Counted from the first letter of the stretch, positions 38,801-52,080 are shown. The stretch: 64,000 nucleotides of DNA from Felis catus (GCF_018350175.1 NC_058368.1:38194001-38258000); one strand, 5' to 3'. Notes: a model not told the origin generated them from the letters alone. Translations and numbers: made by a program.

Positions 38801-39161
38801 TAGTATACATTCAAGATAAGCTAACATTCATATCCCTGTCAAAATGGTGTGGTTTAGTTATTGTGATTAGAGCAGAATTTAATGTTATCATGAAAGTTTT
38901 GATCTACATGGTTATAATTAGGATAGTTATATGCATTATGATGAAATACTTTTCAGATTTTTTCTTTACTAATTCGTTTCCTTTAAATTTTTAAAAAATT
39001 AATGCCATTTTGTATATTTTCAACATTATCATATTTTTGAAGCTGGGAAATTTTTTTTTATTCACAATATAAATTTTAATAACAGCAGTTTACTTCTTAG
39101 TAAATTCAATTTCTTTATATATTCTAATACTTATCTGAGAGTTAAGAAGTCTTATTTATCA

Positions 39162-39369
39162 GGGCACATGGGTGGCTCAGTCACTTAAGTGTCTGACTTC
39201 AGCTTAGGTCATAATCCCGCTGTTTTTGTGAGTTTGAGCTCCATGTAGGGCTCTGTGCTGGCGGCTCGGAGCCTGAAGTCTGCTTTGGATTCTGTGTCTC
39301 CTTCTCTCTCTGCCCCTCTCCTACTTATGCTCTGTCTCTCTCTCTCAAAAACAAATCAACATTAAAAAA
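39162..39369 (+). mobile_element. CanSINE
   Basis: TSD aagaagtc(t/c)tattta(t/c)ca at 39144-39161 and from 39370. Confidence 0.95.
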
Positions 39370-39738
39370 AAGAAGTCCTATTTACCATCTTATCATTTGT
39401 GTTTATCTTAAAAAGTTAAAAACAATTTTTTAATTTGTTTAAAAAAGTGAATGAATGATTTATATGTTCATGCTAATAAATATATAACATAGTGTTCAAG
39501 TGTATGCATTTAAGTATACAACTGGCAAAATTTTAACTTGTGAGATATTTAGAATTACAGGGGAAATAATGAGTTTTGAACAATCAATGAAACGAGTTTT
39601 GTGCTGATTTGTCACTATTTTGTGGAGCATGAAACTCAGAATCAGCTTTTCTCCTTAGAGAAGTACCAAGAGGATAAGTTAGAAAATGTTATGTTCATAA
39701 TTGAAATGTATTTTAAATATATGCATTTTATATGTGAA

Positions 39739-40330
39739 TATATTAGATTCCTATTGCTATAACAAATTACCTACAAATTTAATAGATTAAACCAACGCAA
39801 CTATATTTTTACATTTTTGGATGTCAGAAGTCCAAATTCATCTGACCAAGCTGATGTCCTCACGATAATAGGTGTGGTTCCTTCTGGAGGCACTAGGGGA
39901 ATTCATTTCCTTGGTTCTCTTATTTTATAGAGTCTGTCCACATCTCATGGTAACTTCTCCCATCTTTAAATGCAGCCATATAATATCTCTGTCACTCTCT
40001 CTCTGCATGTTTCTTTCTTTCTTGCTCTGCTTCTGAATCATATCAAATTCTATTCAGTAAACCATCAGTGTAAGTGACTACTTGGACTTCTGATCCTTCT
40101 AAGGCACTAACAAGAAGTCGTCCAGCCATACTGTTCATTTTTTCTCCGCAGAACACTTGTAACAATAACACTTATTTTTGCTCATTTTACAAGCCAGCTG
40201 GCACCACATTTTGCTCTGCTTAGCTTCCCTAAGTTCTTCTTGGCTCTTCTTCACATGCCTTGTCATTCTGGTATCTTTTCTGAAGGATTAGTGCCTATAT
40301 GAAATATTCCCATTCTCACTGCCACAACAG
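39739..40330 (-). mobile_element. MLT1 (D/E-like) LTR plus probable MLT1 internal fragment
   Basis: 'tattagattcctattgctataacaaattac...gtcagaagtcc...ccttctggaggcactagggga'; the downstream part resembles MaLR internal sequence (less certain). Confidence 0.7.
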
Positions 40331-40460
40331 AGGACTAGAGAGTTATCAATAAATGAATTGTCCATCAAAATTCTGTTTATAACCAGTACACATAGTTGTA
40401 TAACCAGTATAGTATACAACCATAGTTGTATAACCAGTTGTATAACTGTATAACCAGTTG

Positions 40461-40611
40461 ATAGTTTTAGCTCTTGCATTTAGGTCTTTGGTACATTTAG
40501 AGCTAATTTTTTTTAATTTTAATTTTATTTTTTTTTAATTCGGTGTAAGGTAAGGGTCTATATTTATTCTTTGGGATGTAGATATCCAGTTTTCTCAACA
40601 CCTTTTGTTGA
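40461..40611 (-). mobile_element. L1 ORF2 fragment
   Basis: 'atagttttagctcttgcatttaggtct...gatatccagttttctcaacac'. Confidence 0.8.
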
Positions 40612-41472
40612 TATTATAAAATTTAAATAGAAAAAGGAAATAATATACTTTTTTAAGTTAAATTGAGATATTCTGAGATTCAATTGAAAACAAATTAGAG
40701 AGGTAGCAGTGTAAGTGATTAGGAGCTCCTTTTAGTAATTTCACCAAGATGGTAGATTGGAATAGGTTTATAGAAACAAAAATAGAGTAGGTGGATTAGA
40801 GATATTTTGGAAGCTAAACACAATATAATGGGGAATTTGCACTAGATGATGAGGGAGAGAAATACAAATGTTTCTAATAGCAGAAGGTGTATATATCTAT
40901 CTATCTATCTATATATATATAGATATAGATATATAACAGAACAGATGGTAAGAGAGGAAGAAAATATTTAAGAATTTTAGAATTGCAGGTATATTTAAAA
41001 AACTCGTGTGTGTGTATTATTGAAGTGTACAGTTGAGATATAATATTGCATTAATTTCAGGTGTACAACATAGTGATTCAACAAGTCTATATGTTATACT
41101 ATGCTCACCACAAGTGTAGCTACAATCAGTCATCATACAAAACTTTTACAGTACTATTCTCTATGCTGTACCTTTCACCGCATGACTTATCCATTCCATA
41201 ACCGGAAGCCTGTACATCCTACCTTCTTCAGTCATTATGCCCATTCATCCACCCACTCCCCTCTGGAAACCAGCAGTTTGTTCTCTATGTTTATGGGTGT
41301 GTTTCTGCTATTTTTGTTTGTTCATTTTTTTGTAGATTCCACATATGAGCGGAATCATATGATATATGTCTTTCTCTGAGTTATTTCACTTAGCATTATG
41401 CCTTCAAGGTCCAACAATATTGTCTCCAATGGTAAGCTATCATTCTTTTTTTTATAGCTGAATAATATTCCA

Positions 41473-41517
<45 letters not shown>

Positions 41518-42413
41518 CCACCTTTTTTTTTTTTTATCTATTCATCTATGGATACACACTTGGGTTGCTTCCATAGCTTGACTATTGTAAATAATGGTGC
41601 CATAAATATAAGAGTTCATACATCTTTTAGAATTAATGTTTGGTTGAATTATTTAGCAGTGGAATTACTGGAACATATAGCAATTATTTTCTGATTTTTT
41701 TGAGGATATTTTATACTGTTTTCCACAGTGACTGCACCAATTTATACTCTCACCAAAAGTAGACGAGGTTTCTTTTTTCCCAAATCCTTACCAACACTTG
41801 TCATGTCTTGTCCTTTCAATAATAGCCATTCTCACAGATGTAACGTATCTCATTGTGGTTTTAACTTGCATTTCCCTGACTATTCGTGATGTTGAGCATC
41901 TTTTCATGTGCCTATTGGCCATCTGTATGTCTTTGAAAAATGTCTATTTGGGTCCTATCCTGATTTTTAATTGGATTATTATTCTTTTCTTTTCTTTTCT
42001 TCTTTTTTTTTTTTTTTGGTGTTGAGTTGTGTAAGTTCTTTATATATTTTGGATATAAACTCTTTATTAGATGTATTATTTATGAATATCTCTTCCCATT
42101 CAGTAGGTTGCCTTTTGTTGATCATTTCCTTCACTGTACAAAAGCTTTCTGTTTTGGTGTCATTCCAATGGTTTATTTTGGGTTTTATTTACCTTGCCTG
42201 AGGAGACATATTTAGAAAAATATTGCTAAGGTCAATGTCTAAGACATTATTGCCTAAATTTTCCTCTAGAAGTTTTTTTTTTTTTTTTACATTTCATGTT
42301 TCACATTTAGGTTTTGGATCAATTTTGATTGAAAAGACTACTTTATCCCCATTGTATATTGTTTCCTCCTTTGTTATGGATTTATAGACCATATAAGCAT
42401 GGGTTTATTTTGA

Positions 42414-43075
42414 GTGGAATTTAAGAAACACAATAGACAAAATAATCTTAAGAAGGAATAATACTGGAGGTATCACAAACCCAGATTTCAAGTTATATTA
42501 TAAAGCTATAGAAATCAAACCAGAATGATACTGGCACAAAAATAGATACATAGATCAATAGAACAGGATACAGAGCTCCAAAATAAACCCATGCTTTTAT
42601 AGTCAATAAACAGATGAGCATAGGGGAAGGGAATGAAAAATAAGATAAAAGCAGAGAGTGAGGCGGCATAAGAGACTCTGAAAAACAGAGAACAGGGGCG
42701 CCTGGGTGGCTCAGTTGGTTAAGTGTCTGACTTCGGCTCAGGTCATGATCTCACAGTCTGTGAGTTTGAGCCCCACCATAAGGCTCTGTGCTGATAGCTC
42801 AGAACCTGGAGCCTGCTTCAAATTCTGTGCTCCCCCCTCTCTCTGCCCTTCCCCCACTCATGCTCTCTCAAAAATAAATAAACATTTTAAAAAGTTTAAA
42901 AATAGCAAACTGAGGGTTGCTGATGGGGAGGTAGTCGGGGGATGGGCATTAAGAAGGTCACTTGCTGGGATGAGCACTGGGTATTATATGGAAGTGATGA
43001 ACACTGGATTCTACTCCTGAAACCAATACTTACACTGTATGTTAACTAACTTGAATTTAAATAGATTAAAAAAAA
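42414..43075 (+). mobile_element. Carnivore L1 3' UTR insertion with poly(A), containing an inverted target fragment and a SINE
   Basis: 'gtggaatttaagaaaca'...'aacagatgagcataggggaaggg'...'gatgagcactgggtattatatg'...'cttgaatttaaata' plus an A run. Confidence 0.88.
42695..42900 (+). mobile_element. CanSINE nested in the L1 3' UTR
   Basis: GGGGCGCCTGGGTGGCTCAG head and tail. Confidence 0.95.
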
Positions 43076-43699
43076 GATTACTTTGTTTGTGGTCTTTTGT
43101 GGTTCTGTACAGATTTTAGTACTATTTGTTCTACTTCTATGTAAAATACTGTTGGTATTTTGATAGGGATTGCATTGAATGTATAGATTGCTTTGGATTG
43201 AATGGACATTTTAACAATATTAATTCTTTTAATCCATGATTATGGTATATATTTCCATTTATGTTGTCATCTTTAATACTTTTCATCAAAGTTTTAGAGT
43301 ATTCAGAGTACAAATCTTTTACCTCCTTGGCTATGTTTATTCTTAGTGTTTTCTTCTTTTTGGTGCAGTTGTAGATGGAATTGCTTTTTTGATTTCTCTT
43401 TCTATTACTTTATTAGTGTTATGAGAAATGCAACAGATTTCTGTTTGTTAATTTCTTATCCTTCAAGTTTGCCGAATTCATCTATTCTAAGTTTTTTGGT
43501 GGCCTCAGTGAGACATAATTCGCATATCTATGCCAATAAAGGGAGATTAAAAGCCACAGTGAAAAAAATGAAAATTATGAAAAAATAAGAAACTCAAGGA
43601 AAGAAATGAAAAATGGAAAAGTTTAAATAACATGATATGTTCATTTGATATAGAGTAAAGAAACACTTAACTGTGGATTGATTTGAGCAGCTATAGCAT

Positions 43700-44265
43700 T
43701 TTGTCAGACATTCCATAAAGCAAACTCCAAAAAATCATTGGATAAATCTTGTAGAATCCTTTCCCCTTGAGTGTCGTGTAATCTGGAATTTGATTCTAGC
43801 TAGTAAAGGGTAGTAAATGTGATAGGACGATTGCTTCTATTATTAGGTTCATTACACATTGTTATTAGAAGAGTTTGTCTTAGAAGACTGGAGAAAGATT
43901 CTCCTGCTGGCCTTGAAAAAGTAAACTGTAATGATTTGACAGGCTCTGTGAGACTGCTACATGGCAGGGCACAGTGGGTGGCTTTAGGATCTGAGGGTGG
44001 CTTTCTGCAAAACCTACATGAAGCCAGGCCCTTAGTTATACAACAAGGAAGTGAATTTTTCCAACAAACTGAATGAGCTAAGAGGCGTATCCCAGTCAAC
44101 CTCTGGATATAAATTTAGCTTGCTGACACCTTATTTTTTGCCTCATGAGACCCTAAGTGGCAGAGTCATTCCTGGACTTGTAACCCATGGAAAACAAGGT
44201 AATTGTGTATTTCTAAAGTGTTAAGTGTGTGATAATTTTTTATACAGCAATAGAAAAGTAGTACA
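43700..44265 (+). mobile_element. MLT1E/F-like LTR
   Basis: 'ttctcctgctggccttgaa', 'tgagaccctaag', end 'atacagcaatagaaaagtagtaca'. Confidence 0.85.
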
Positions 44266-46079
44266 GCATTTTTATGTAGGTGGTTAGTGTGTAAGGACAA
44301 TAAGTCATTTGTCCACACAGCCTGCCTGTTTTCCTCTGCTGGCATTTACTGTTCAAAGTAGAAAGTTCAAAGTGATTTTCTTTGTTCTATTTAGAAGACA
44401 GCAACCTCAGTGAAGCTTGTCCTGGTGAGTAAAACTTAAGTATAGCAATAGGATATTAAACATATTTGAAGTATATGCACAGCATGATATTGTATTTGCT
44501 TCATTTTTAGTGTAGTATAGCAAGTTTAACTGCCTGATGCCAATTAGCCGTAATGAGAATTATGGAGCTAAACCACGGTGCGCTACACTGAAAATCGACT
44601 CATTGGGGTTCTTACTGACTTTATGCTTTTTGTTGAAGGACATATAAACTTTGTTAAGGCTTCTTTTTTTCCTATATGAGAAAATTGGTTGTTTCATTTA
44701 AAACTCATACTTAAAGCTCAAAATAATATTTACTAACTTTAATTAATAAAATTAGATTTTATATCTCTTCACCAGGGAAAAGCTAGTTTAAATTTTGCTC
44801 TCTGTATTTAATTAACCCCAAATATGCAAAACATTCTAAACAGATTCCCTTTGTTTCTTCAGAACTAATAGTATGTGTATGACCAATTTTAATTTTGAAT
44901 AAACCTCTCAAATATGGTGAGTATGGATATAGAATTCTAGGTAATTTAAATGATAATAAAACTTTATCATAGATTCTAATTGTTTGTGACCATTGAATTT
45001 GAATAGGAATCCCAGCAATATGAAAGTGTTTTCTGATATATTATTTTGAATAATAACATAATATTTTGGTGTTAAACTAAAAATCTAGAATAATTCATTT
45101 GGAAAAATCAAATCTAAAGAAACAGAACACATAGACACACAAACACACGTGCACTCAGAGTCGCCCTCAGAAAACTCGAATTCCAAACTCAACCACAGGA
45201 ATACTTCTTTACCAAACCACAGAATTTGAACCAAATACCTATTTCTTTGGGTTTTAGATAAAAAAATAAAAGTCTTATATTGTGTTCATTCAACAAATGT
45301 TGATATAGCATCGACGTTGGATCAGACATGGATACAAGCACCTCAACAAAGTAGGTCATTAATCTTTATGACAGCCTTCTAGAACTAATTAGAAATTATT
45401 TTTTAATAAAATGTGGTTCTTTTTTCATTTTTAAAGAATCCACCCATGTTGTTCAATGATCATAATGCAGGCAGAACCGAGGTTGAGGACGTCTTTCTCT
45501 TCAGCTTTCTCTGATTTAAGATTAGTATGTACTTTATTGGTAGAATAGAGGAATTGATATCTGCTTAAGTGAAAATCACATAAAGAAATCTCACTTTATG
45601 AGATATTACAAAGATAATTTTCTGAAAATAACTCATGGGTTGTGGCTCTGAAGTTCTCTATTGTGTATACAATAAAGACCATTCTCTAAGTTATATACAT
45701 AGTACAGTAATACATGCCTTTCTCCTTCAAATTCCTGTCTAGGATACTGCTCCCACCCTTCTTCACCATGGCAAAACCCAGTCATCGAGACTTGAACATG
45801 AACTCCATTTTCTCAGAGAACAACAGAATCTGGCTAGAATTTCCTTGCAAGTACACCCAAATGTAAGCAAGACCAGTTGTGACTTGTTCCACCCTAAAAA
45901 TTAATGCTTGTTTCACTACAAGGTCAAGATTCAGAGAGAGTCTAAAATGTCTGTGCAACTGTCTGAGACATATTTGGGAGCACAATGATTTCTCAATAAT
46001 ATTCAGTTTTCTGGATTGAGCACTTCACAGAAATTTTATGTATCAATTCCTGTTGAAAATTTAAATATGGCTTATTGAT

Positions 46080-46964
46080 GACATCTCATATCTGAGGCAC
46101 TTCCAGTAACCATCTACATTTAACACCCCCACAGTCACCTATTCCATCTTACATCCTCACTCCCATACTCTTTTGTGTTTTCTCTCTCCTTATCCTAAAC
46201 ATTTTTCAGTGACTTCGGAGTCCCAATTCATTGGTGAAGCTCTTATATATCTTTGACTTCATATTGTTCTCCCACTTCTTAGAGCTCATAAGTGAAACCT
46301 GGCATTCTTCTGTTATACTTCTGTTAGGTTTTTAATATATGTTTTGTTAATATTATCCTGAATGCACACATGAGGGTTCTATGTTGGGCAGACAGATAAT
46401 TAATACTTAAATAATACTTGCACCATCTCCCCTTTGCCCCAGTTCCTATTTGTGGGACAATATGCTGAGACCCATGTTATCCTACACATATTAGGGTCTG
46501 TACTATAGATGAAGAACACACAATGTTATATGCTTCTATACATTCCTTCACACTTCCCTCCTGAAAGAAGGAAGAAAAATATTTGCTCCAAAGTAAAAAT
46601 CCTGAGTTTTTATCCTAGTTTAGAATGTAAATAAATTTCTCCAGGGAAAATATAAGTCCTAGGTGTCAGCCCCACCCTATCTCTATCCCTTGAAATATAA
46701 AATATATGTCTGAGAGGTAAATCCCTGCAGTTCTCTTTCTGTTAATGAATTATAAATTACATTCCAAGTCTTATTATTTTATTTCTGGTCCCAATATTCA
46801 GTTGTTTTCTTTTTTCAGAAAGAATGCAGAAACATACAACTACAATTCACAATTCCACAACTGCTTTATTTTCTGATTTTGAAAGTGGAAATTCTTTATT
46901 AGGTAGACATCTCCTGATTTTCCACTATAATTTTGGATCATCACTCAACACTTAAACAACTTAT

Positions 46965-47061
<97 letters not shown>

Positions 47062-47680
47062 ATCTTTCCCTAAACTCCACTTTGACCCAATTCACTCACC
47101 CATTGATATGGATACTTGACTTGGAAGGCCTTGTCAGCATCCATAATTTTACCCCCTCTAAAATAATTCTGTGACCTCAAATGCTTATCTCAAATTCTTT
47201 CACTTCATTAATCCCATTGGACATGTTGTTTTACCTCACTGTGAGTTTTATAACTTTGTCATTCCATGTTACTAATCTCTGTGCCCCTTATCTCTGTTGT
47301 CTTTTTGATGACAGGTCATGCCATTATAGACATGACTAACCAACTCTCTAGCCAATGCAGTTCTCTCATTTGTTCCTTTAATATTCCACATTTCCCCCCA
47401 AAATTCAACTCTAATCAATGGCACAATCTTATTTGTTCTTAAATTTCCAATAACTTAAGCAAGATATTGATTGAGAGAACTGTTCATATCAGTGCCATTA
47501 CAAAATTATGACCCGTGATTACAACTAAATTCCAGAAAAGTGGCCAAAGTAAGTTTCCATTCATTCTACCAAACATTTATTTCAAATTAGTAATCCTTTC
47601 CCTAAACTTCCTACTTTAAAATTTATACCATCGCATGTTGCAAATACTCTCACTCCCTATATTCTGGAAAGAAAGTAGTA
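46080..47680 (+). mobile_element. Decayed L2-like fragments, possibly interrupted by an LTR relic (about 46320-46850) and a (TA)n(CA)n microsatellite (46969-47055)
   Basis: C/T-rich L2-like remnants; the microsatellite is directly visible; family calls are weak. Confidence 0.35.
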
Positions 47681-47699
47681 TGGTTATATTTCTATCTTA

Positions 47700-47985
47700 T
47701 TGTGGAAAGTGCTAGTGTTTGTTCTCTACCTGAGGTAAACTGCTAGACTAAAATCCTGAGCTGCTTAGTAGTTGCATGCAGACTTAGTGATCAATTTCTG
47801 GCCAATGGAATATGGGCAAAGAGATATGTACGTGCATGTATGGTTCCTAAAATATCTACCTTGTGATTTTCCACTTTTCTACTTTTTTCTCTTCTACCAG
47901 AATATAGAGAACCCACAAAAGAACACCATGTTTCTAGAATATAGCAGAGCAACAAAATAGAAGGAGGCCTGGTCCCTGAAGTAAT
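47700..47985 (+). mobile_element. MLT1J-like LTR fragment
   Basis: 'ttctggccaatggaatatgggca' and 'gcagagcaacaaaatagaaggaggcctggtccctga'. Confidence 0.7.
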
Positions 47986-48019
47986 GTTGGTGTTTTTTGT
48001 TTTTGTTTTTTTTTTTTTT

Positions 48020-48720
48020 GCTATTTAATAAAATATTCTTCCCCAAATGTGGCTTAAGATAGCAACAGTTTATTATATCTCGTATTTCTGTGGGTTGACT
48101 TGGCAATCCTTTTGTTCTATGTGGTGTTAGTTGAATATTAGGATGGATAAACACTCCAAAATGTTCTTTTTTACTAACTGGTAGTTGGTGCTCTCCAACA
48201 GCTAGGACATCAATTATAGCTTCAGTTCTTCTCCACATGGGCCTTTGCATTTAGATGCTAGGACTTCCTCAAAGCATCCGTGTTTGGGTTCCAGAAAGGA
48301 GCATTTCAAATGCCAAAGACAGAAGCTTCCCGAGCTCTTAAGGCCCTGTCTCATAATTTAAACATTGTTACTTCTTTCTTATTTTATTAGTCAAAATAAA
48401 TCATGGGCAATGATTTCAAGGGGAAGAAAAATGGGCTCTGTATTTCAGTGGGAAAAGGGCAAGGAATTTCTAGTCATCTTTAATTGACTACAGTCCACTC
48501 TCAGGTTACAAATTATTTATGTTCCTCACACATGTAAAATACCATCAGTCTTTCCTGAAATCATACTAGTCTCTTCCCATTACGATATGAAGTTCAGCCT
48601 CAAAGTTATCCAGGTTTTTGTCATGTAAATGTGATTCAAGGCAGATGAAGCTCTTTTGGGTCATTCTATGTGGACGTGACCCTATAAACTAGTGATATTT
48701 TATTTGTGTCCCAAACACCA
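48020..48720 (-). mobile_element. MLT1K/L-like LTR
   Basis: 'gtggcttaaga...tttattatatctc...ttctgtgggtt', 'tctccacatgggcct', 'ttcaaggggaag'. Confidence 0.7.
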
Positions 48721-48779
48721 AATTCATTAACAGACAACATTTATTATTATAATTAACATAGTGGTCGGAGCTTTACCCC

Positions 48780-48874
48780 TTTTTCTTTGCTGGCAGAAAT
48801 GCGTCTCATCCTCTGCATGTTGATACTAATTAGTGCTACAGGGAACAATTAATGTGGGGAAAATGATAGAAAGT

Positions 48875-48958
<84 letters not shown>

Positions 48959-49452
48959 GGAGTACCTTGATTAAATTGTAAATAAAGTTACCAGGAAGGC
49001 ATTGCCATCAGGACAACTTTTGAGTAAAGAACTGATCAAAGTAAGATAGTAAGGCGTGCAGAAATTTGGCAGTGACGAAAGAAGGATACCTTTTCAAGCT
49101 CTTACAATAATCTAGGTGAGGGATGTTGGTGGTTTGGGCCACAGAATAACCTTGGAGGGGGTAAGTAGTGATACAATTCTAGATATTTTTGAAAATTGTG
49201 CCAAGAAAATGTTTTCGTGAATGGCTGGGGCAAGAGAGAAAAAGAGGTCAAGTAAGAAGGTCCCCAAGTATCTTTGCATGAGATGGGATGCCTGCGTGGC
49301 TCCATTGGTTAAACATCCAACTTTGGCTCATGATCTTGTGGAATGTGAGTTTGAGACCTGGACGGGGCTTTGTGCTGACAGCTCGGAGCCTGGATCCTGC
49401 TTTGGATTCGTTCGGTGTCTCCCTCTCTCTCTCTGCCCCTCTCCTGCTCATG

Positions 49453-49502
<50 letters not shown>

Positions 49503-49870
49503 AATAAATAAACATTAAAAAATTAAAAAAAAAGAATTTTGCATGAGATGAAGTAGAGGAACAGAGTTGCCATTATCTGATTTGGCAGGATATCTGCAGG
49601 ATAAGATATCCAATGAAAGGGCCAACAAGAGCAAGTATTTGGACATCTGAGCTTAGAATTCTTGTTGAAATCTGAGTGACCCTCAAATAAGATGAAGACT
49701 AAGATTTGACTAATGGCTATCAAAATGTGAAAGTCACTTGCGTCCTTGACAGAACCATTATAGTGGAGTGGCGGGGATAAAAGTCTGGCTTGGGTTTATT
49801 CAGGGAGAATGGGAAGAGAGCATTTGGAAAACCTGTATTTTGACAACTTTTCAAACTACAGCATTCACAG
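48780..49870 (-). mobile_element. L2 fragments with a (GT)n(GA)n microsatellite (48877-48955)
   Basis: 'aataatctaggtgagggatg', 'agttgccatt', 'tttggacat', 'gtggagtggcgggg', 'gacaacttttc'. Confidence 0.75.
49285..49531 (+). mobile_element. CanSINE
   Basis: TSD tttgcatgagat on both sides; long CT tract. Confidence 0.95.
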
Positions 49871-51539
49871 GGAGTCTTGCAGTTTCTGATGACACCCTGA
49901 AGCAGATTTGTAAATTTTTAATAGCATAGCCATCACAAAGAAATTTTGTCCATTGTCTTGTTCATCACGGGACATTTAGATTTGAAAATCTGGAGGTCTT
50001 ACCCACATATGGGGAAACTAAAGAAGTTCAAAAAGGAGTTAGAATTATATCCTAATATAGGAACATTATAAAATATTCAATCAAAATGCTTGTTCAGAGC
50101 AATTCTGATATTTTAAGAAGACTTATCTGAAAATAAAGCTGCCTGATTAAAGGTCAAAGGCCCAATCCATTACAGGACTTTTCCTTTTAAAATTCTTGCT
50201 AGCCAGGAATAGTTCACAAATCAGGAAGTTGAAAAAATTTTTTGAGTTAAATATTAAGAAAGGAAAGTTGATTTCTGTTCTTCATTTCCTTTGACAGAAA
50301 TAGAATTATTTTCCAACTAATTAGTCCATTGTGTAAGTGGACACACTGGATACAAGTTAAGTGCTACTTAAGCTAGAGTAGATGATTCAACATTATTGGA
50401 GTGGTTTAAGCTATGGTCTAGAAGTAGAAGTTATTTACATTGGGGTCTATGAACTTGAGAAACTCATCCTCTACTTTTCAGTATGTTTTCATACAGGAGG
50501 AACTGAGGATTGCCAGGTAGGGCTGCCTTGTACAACCTTTTGAAGTACATGGGGTAGGCACTAAGATCCTGGCAACATCTTACCCATCTTTAGCTCCTCA
50601 AAGTTTCCAGTTGGGAGGTTCACAAAATCACCCTCTCGCTACCAATAATATGCACCTTACAATGCTTTTTTGTTCACCTTTCCTCGTGCCCATGTTCACT
50701 CTAGAATTCTGATTCAAGGGTGAGTAACCACTTAAAAAAGATGAAGATTAAGATATAACCAGTGGCTACTGAAATGTGTAAGTCACTTGCATCCTTGATA
50801 CAGCCACTTTACTGGAGTGGTGGGGATACAAGTCTGGCACGTTTCAGTGAATTGTTAGTAGCTTGGTGACAATTATTTTTTCATGAGTGTTAATTTAGGA
50901 TAAATAAATGTATTTCAAGTTTGGTCAGTTTTTACAAAGGTTACTTTGCTGTGTTTAGAACATTTGTTGTGATAAAATTTGTTTTATTTTGTCCCAAGGA
51001 AAAAAAAAATCTATATTTGTACATATTTTATTAAGTAGAAAAAAATAGGCCAAGAAAATTGTTTTTACACTATTTAATATCTCGAAATATATTGTAATCC
51101 CAGCAACACATAAGACAGTTTTCTAGTATTTCCTCCAGAAATTACTATAGATTTCAGTATACCTAATGATACTGAACAGTTTTAGGCTTGCTAATACCTT
51201 ATTATTAGAAAGGCAACAGGAATAAAGCAATTGAAAACAGGCATTGAATGAGTATTTAGCCTCATAATTCTCTGGAAATTTGAATGTTGTAAGAGTATAG
51301 TACTAAATGAATTAGTAATAGAATTTTTAGATTGACAGTAATGTAAGCAACAGACAAATGAAATAATTTCAGCCTGTGGGAGGGAGAGGGGATTGGTTAG
51401 AAAGAACTGTTTTCCCAAATTATATATTTGTTTTCTTTACCAATATATCTGGAATGGATGACTGAATTTACTCACCTCTGTTATGCATCTGTTAACTTAA
51501 TGACCGTTGAACTCAATACATCTTCTTGAAACCATATAT

Positions 51540-52080
51540 TATTCATTTTCCCCTGTTGGATGTTGTGAGATACAACTATAAACCAAACACAGATTTATCC
51601 TTCAAGATATAATGTAAATGAAAATGGTTTCAAGTAAAATATAGATTAAGTGCTGTAATAAGGATATGCATAAAGGTTGTTTATATAATTCAGATCAAGA
51701 AGTCATGGGGAGGTACATTAAGAGAAGGCTTCCTATGTAAAGACATGACTTGGCTGGGATGTCAAGGACAATAAATTAGTAGTCCAAACTAAGTGCATGT
51801 TCAACATCTATGAGTTGTGATAGAGCATGCCCTATTAAGAGACCAGAAAGTAATTGAATATAGATCTTGTCTATTATTTGTGACAAATCTAGTAGTAAGA
51901 GTTAAAGTAGGAAAAATGAGCAAAATGAGTATGTTTATGGATATTCTTGTTATAATGAGTAGAAGAGTTTGTCTTAACCTAAAAGCAATGTATACAGCAG
52001 AAGTATTTTAAGCAGAAAAATGTCATGAAGAGTTTAATTATTCTGGAGGGCTAGAAAAAGACACTTCTATGGGAATGCTC
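51540..52080 (-). mobile_element. L2 fragment
   Basis: 'taagtgctgtaata', 'agagaaggcttcct', 'ttttaagcaga'. Confidence 0.6.

Larger units (their letters stand above)
41015..43505 (-). mobile_element. Older L1 (3' UTR and ORF2 C-terminal part), rearranged at 42414-43075
   Basis: L1 3' end at about 41015, antisense ORF2 to 42413, resuming at 43074-43505; (GT)n at 41476-41514. Confidence 0.93.

Noticed and set aside
40376..40462. CRISPR-like array
   Set aside because: Units are ~10 bp with no unique spacers, and the context is mammalian.
43800..44099. 85-99 aa ORFs here, and the 118-aa ORF at 47894-48250
   Set aside because: They lie within MLT1 LTRs; chance frames.
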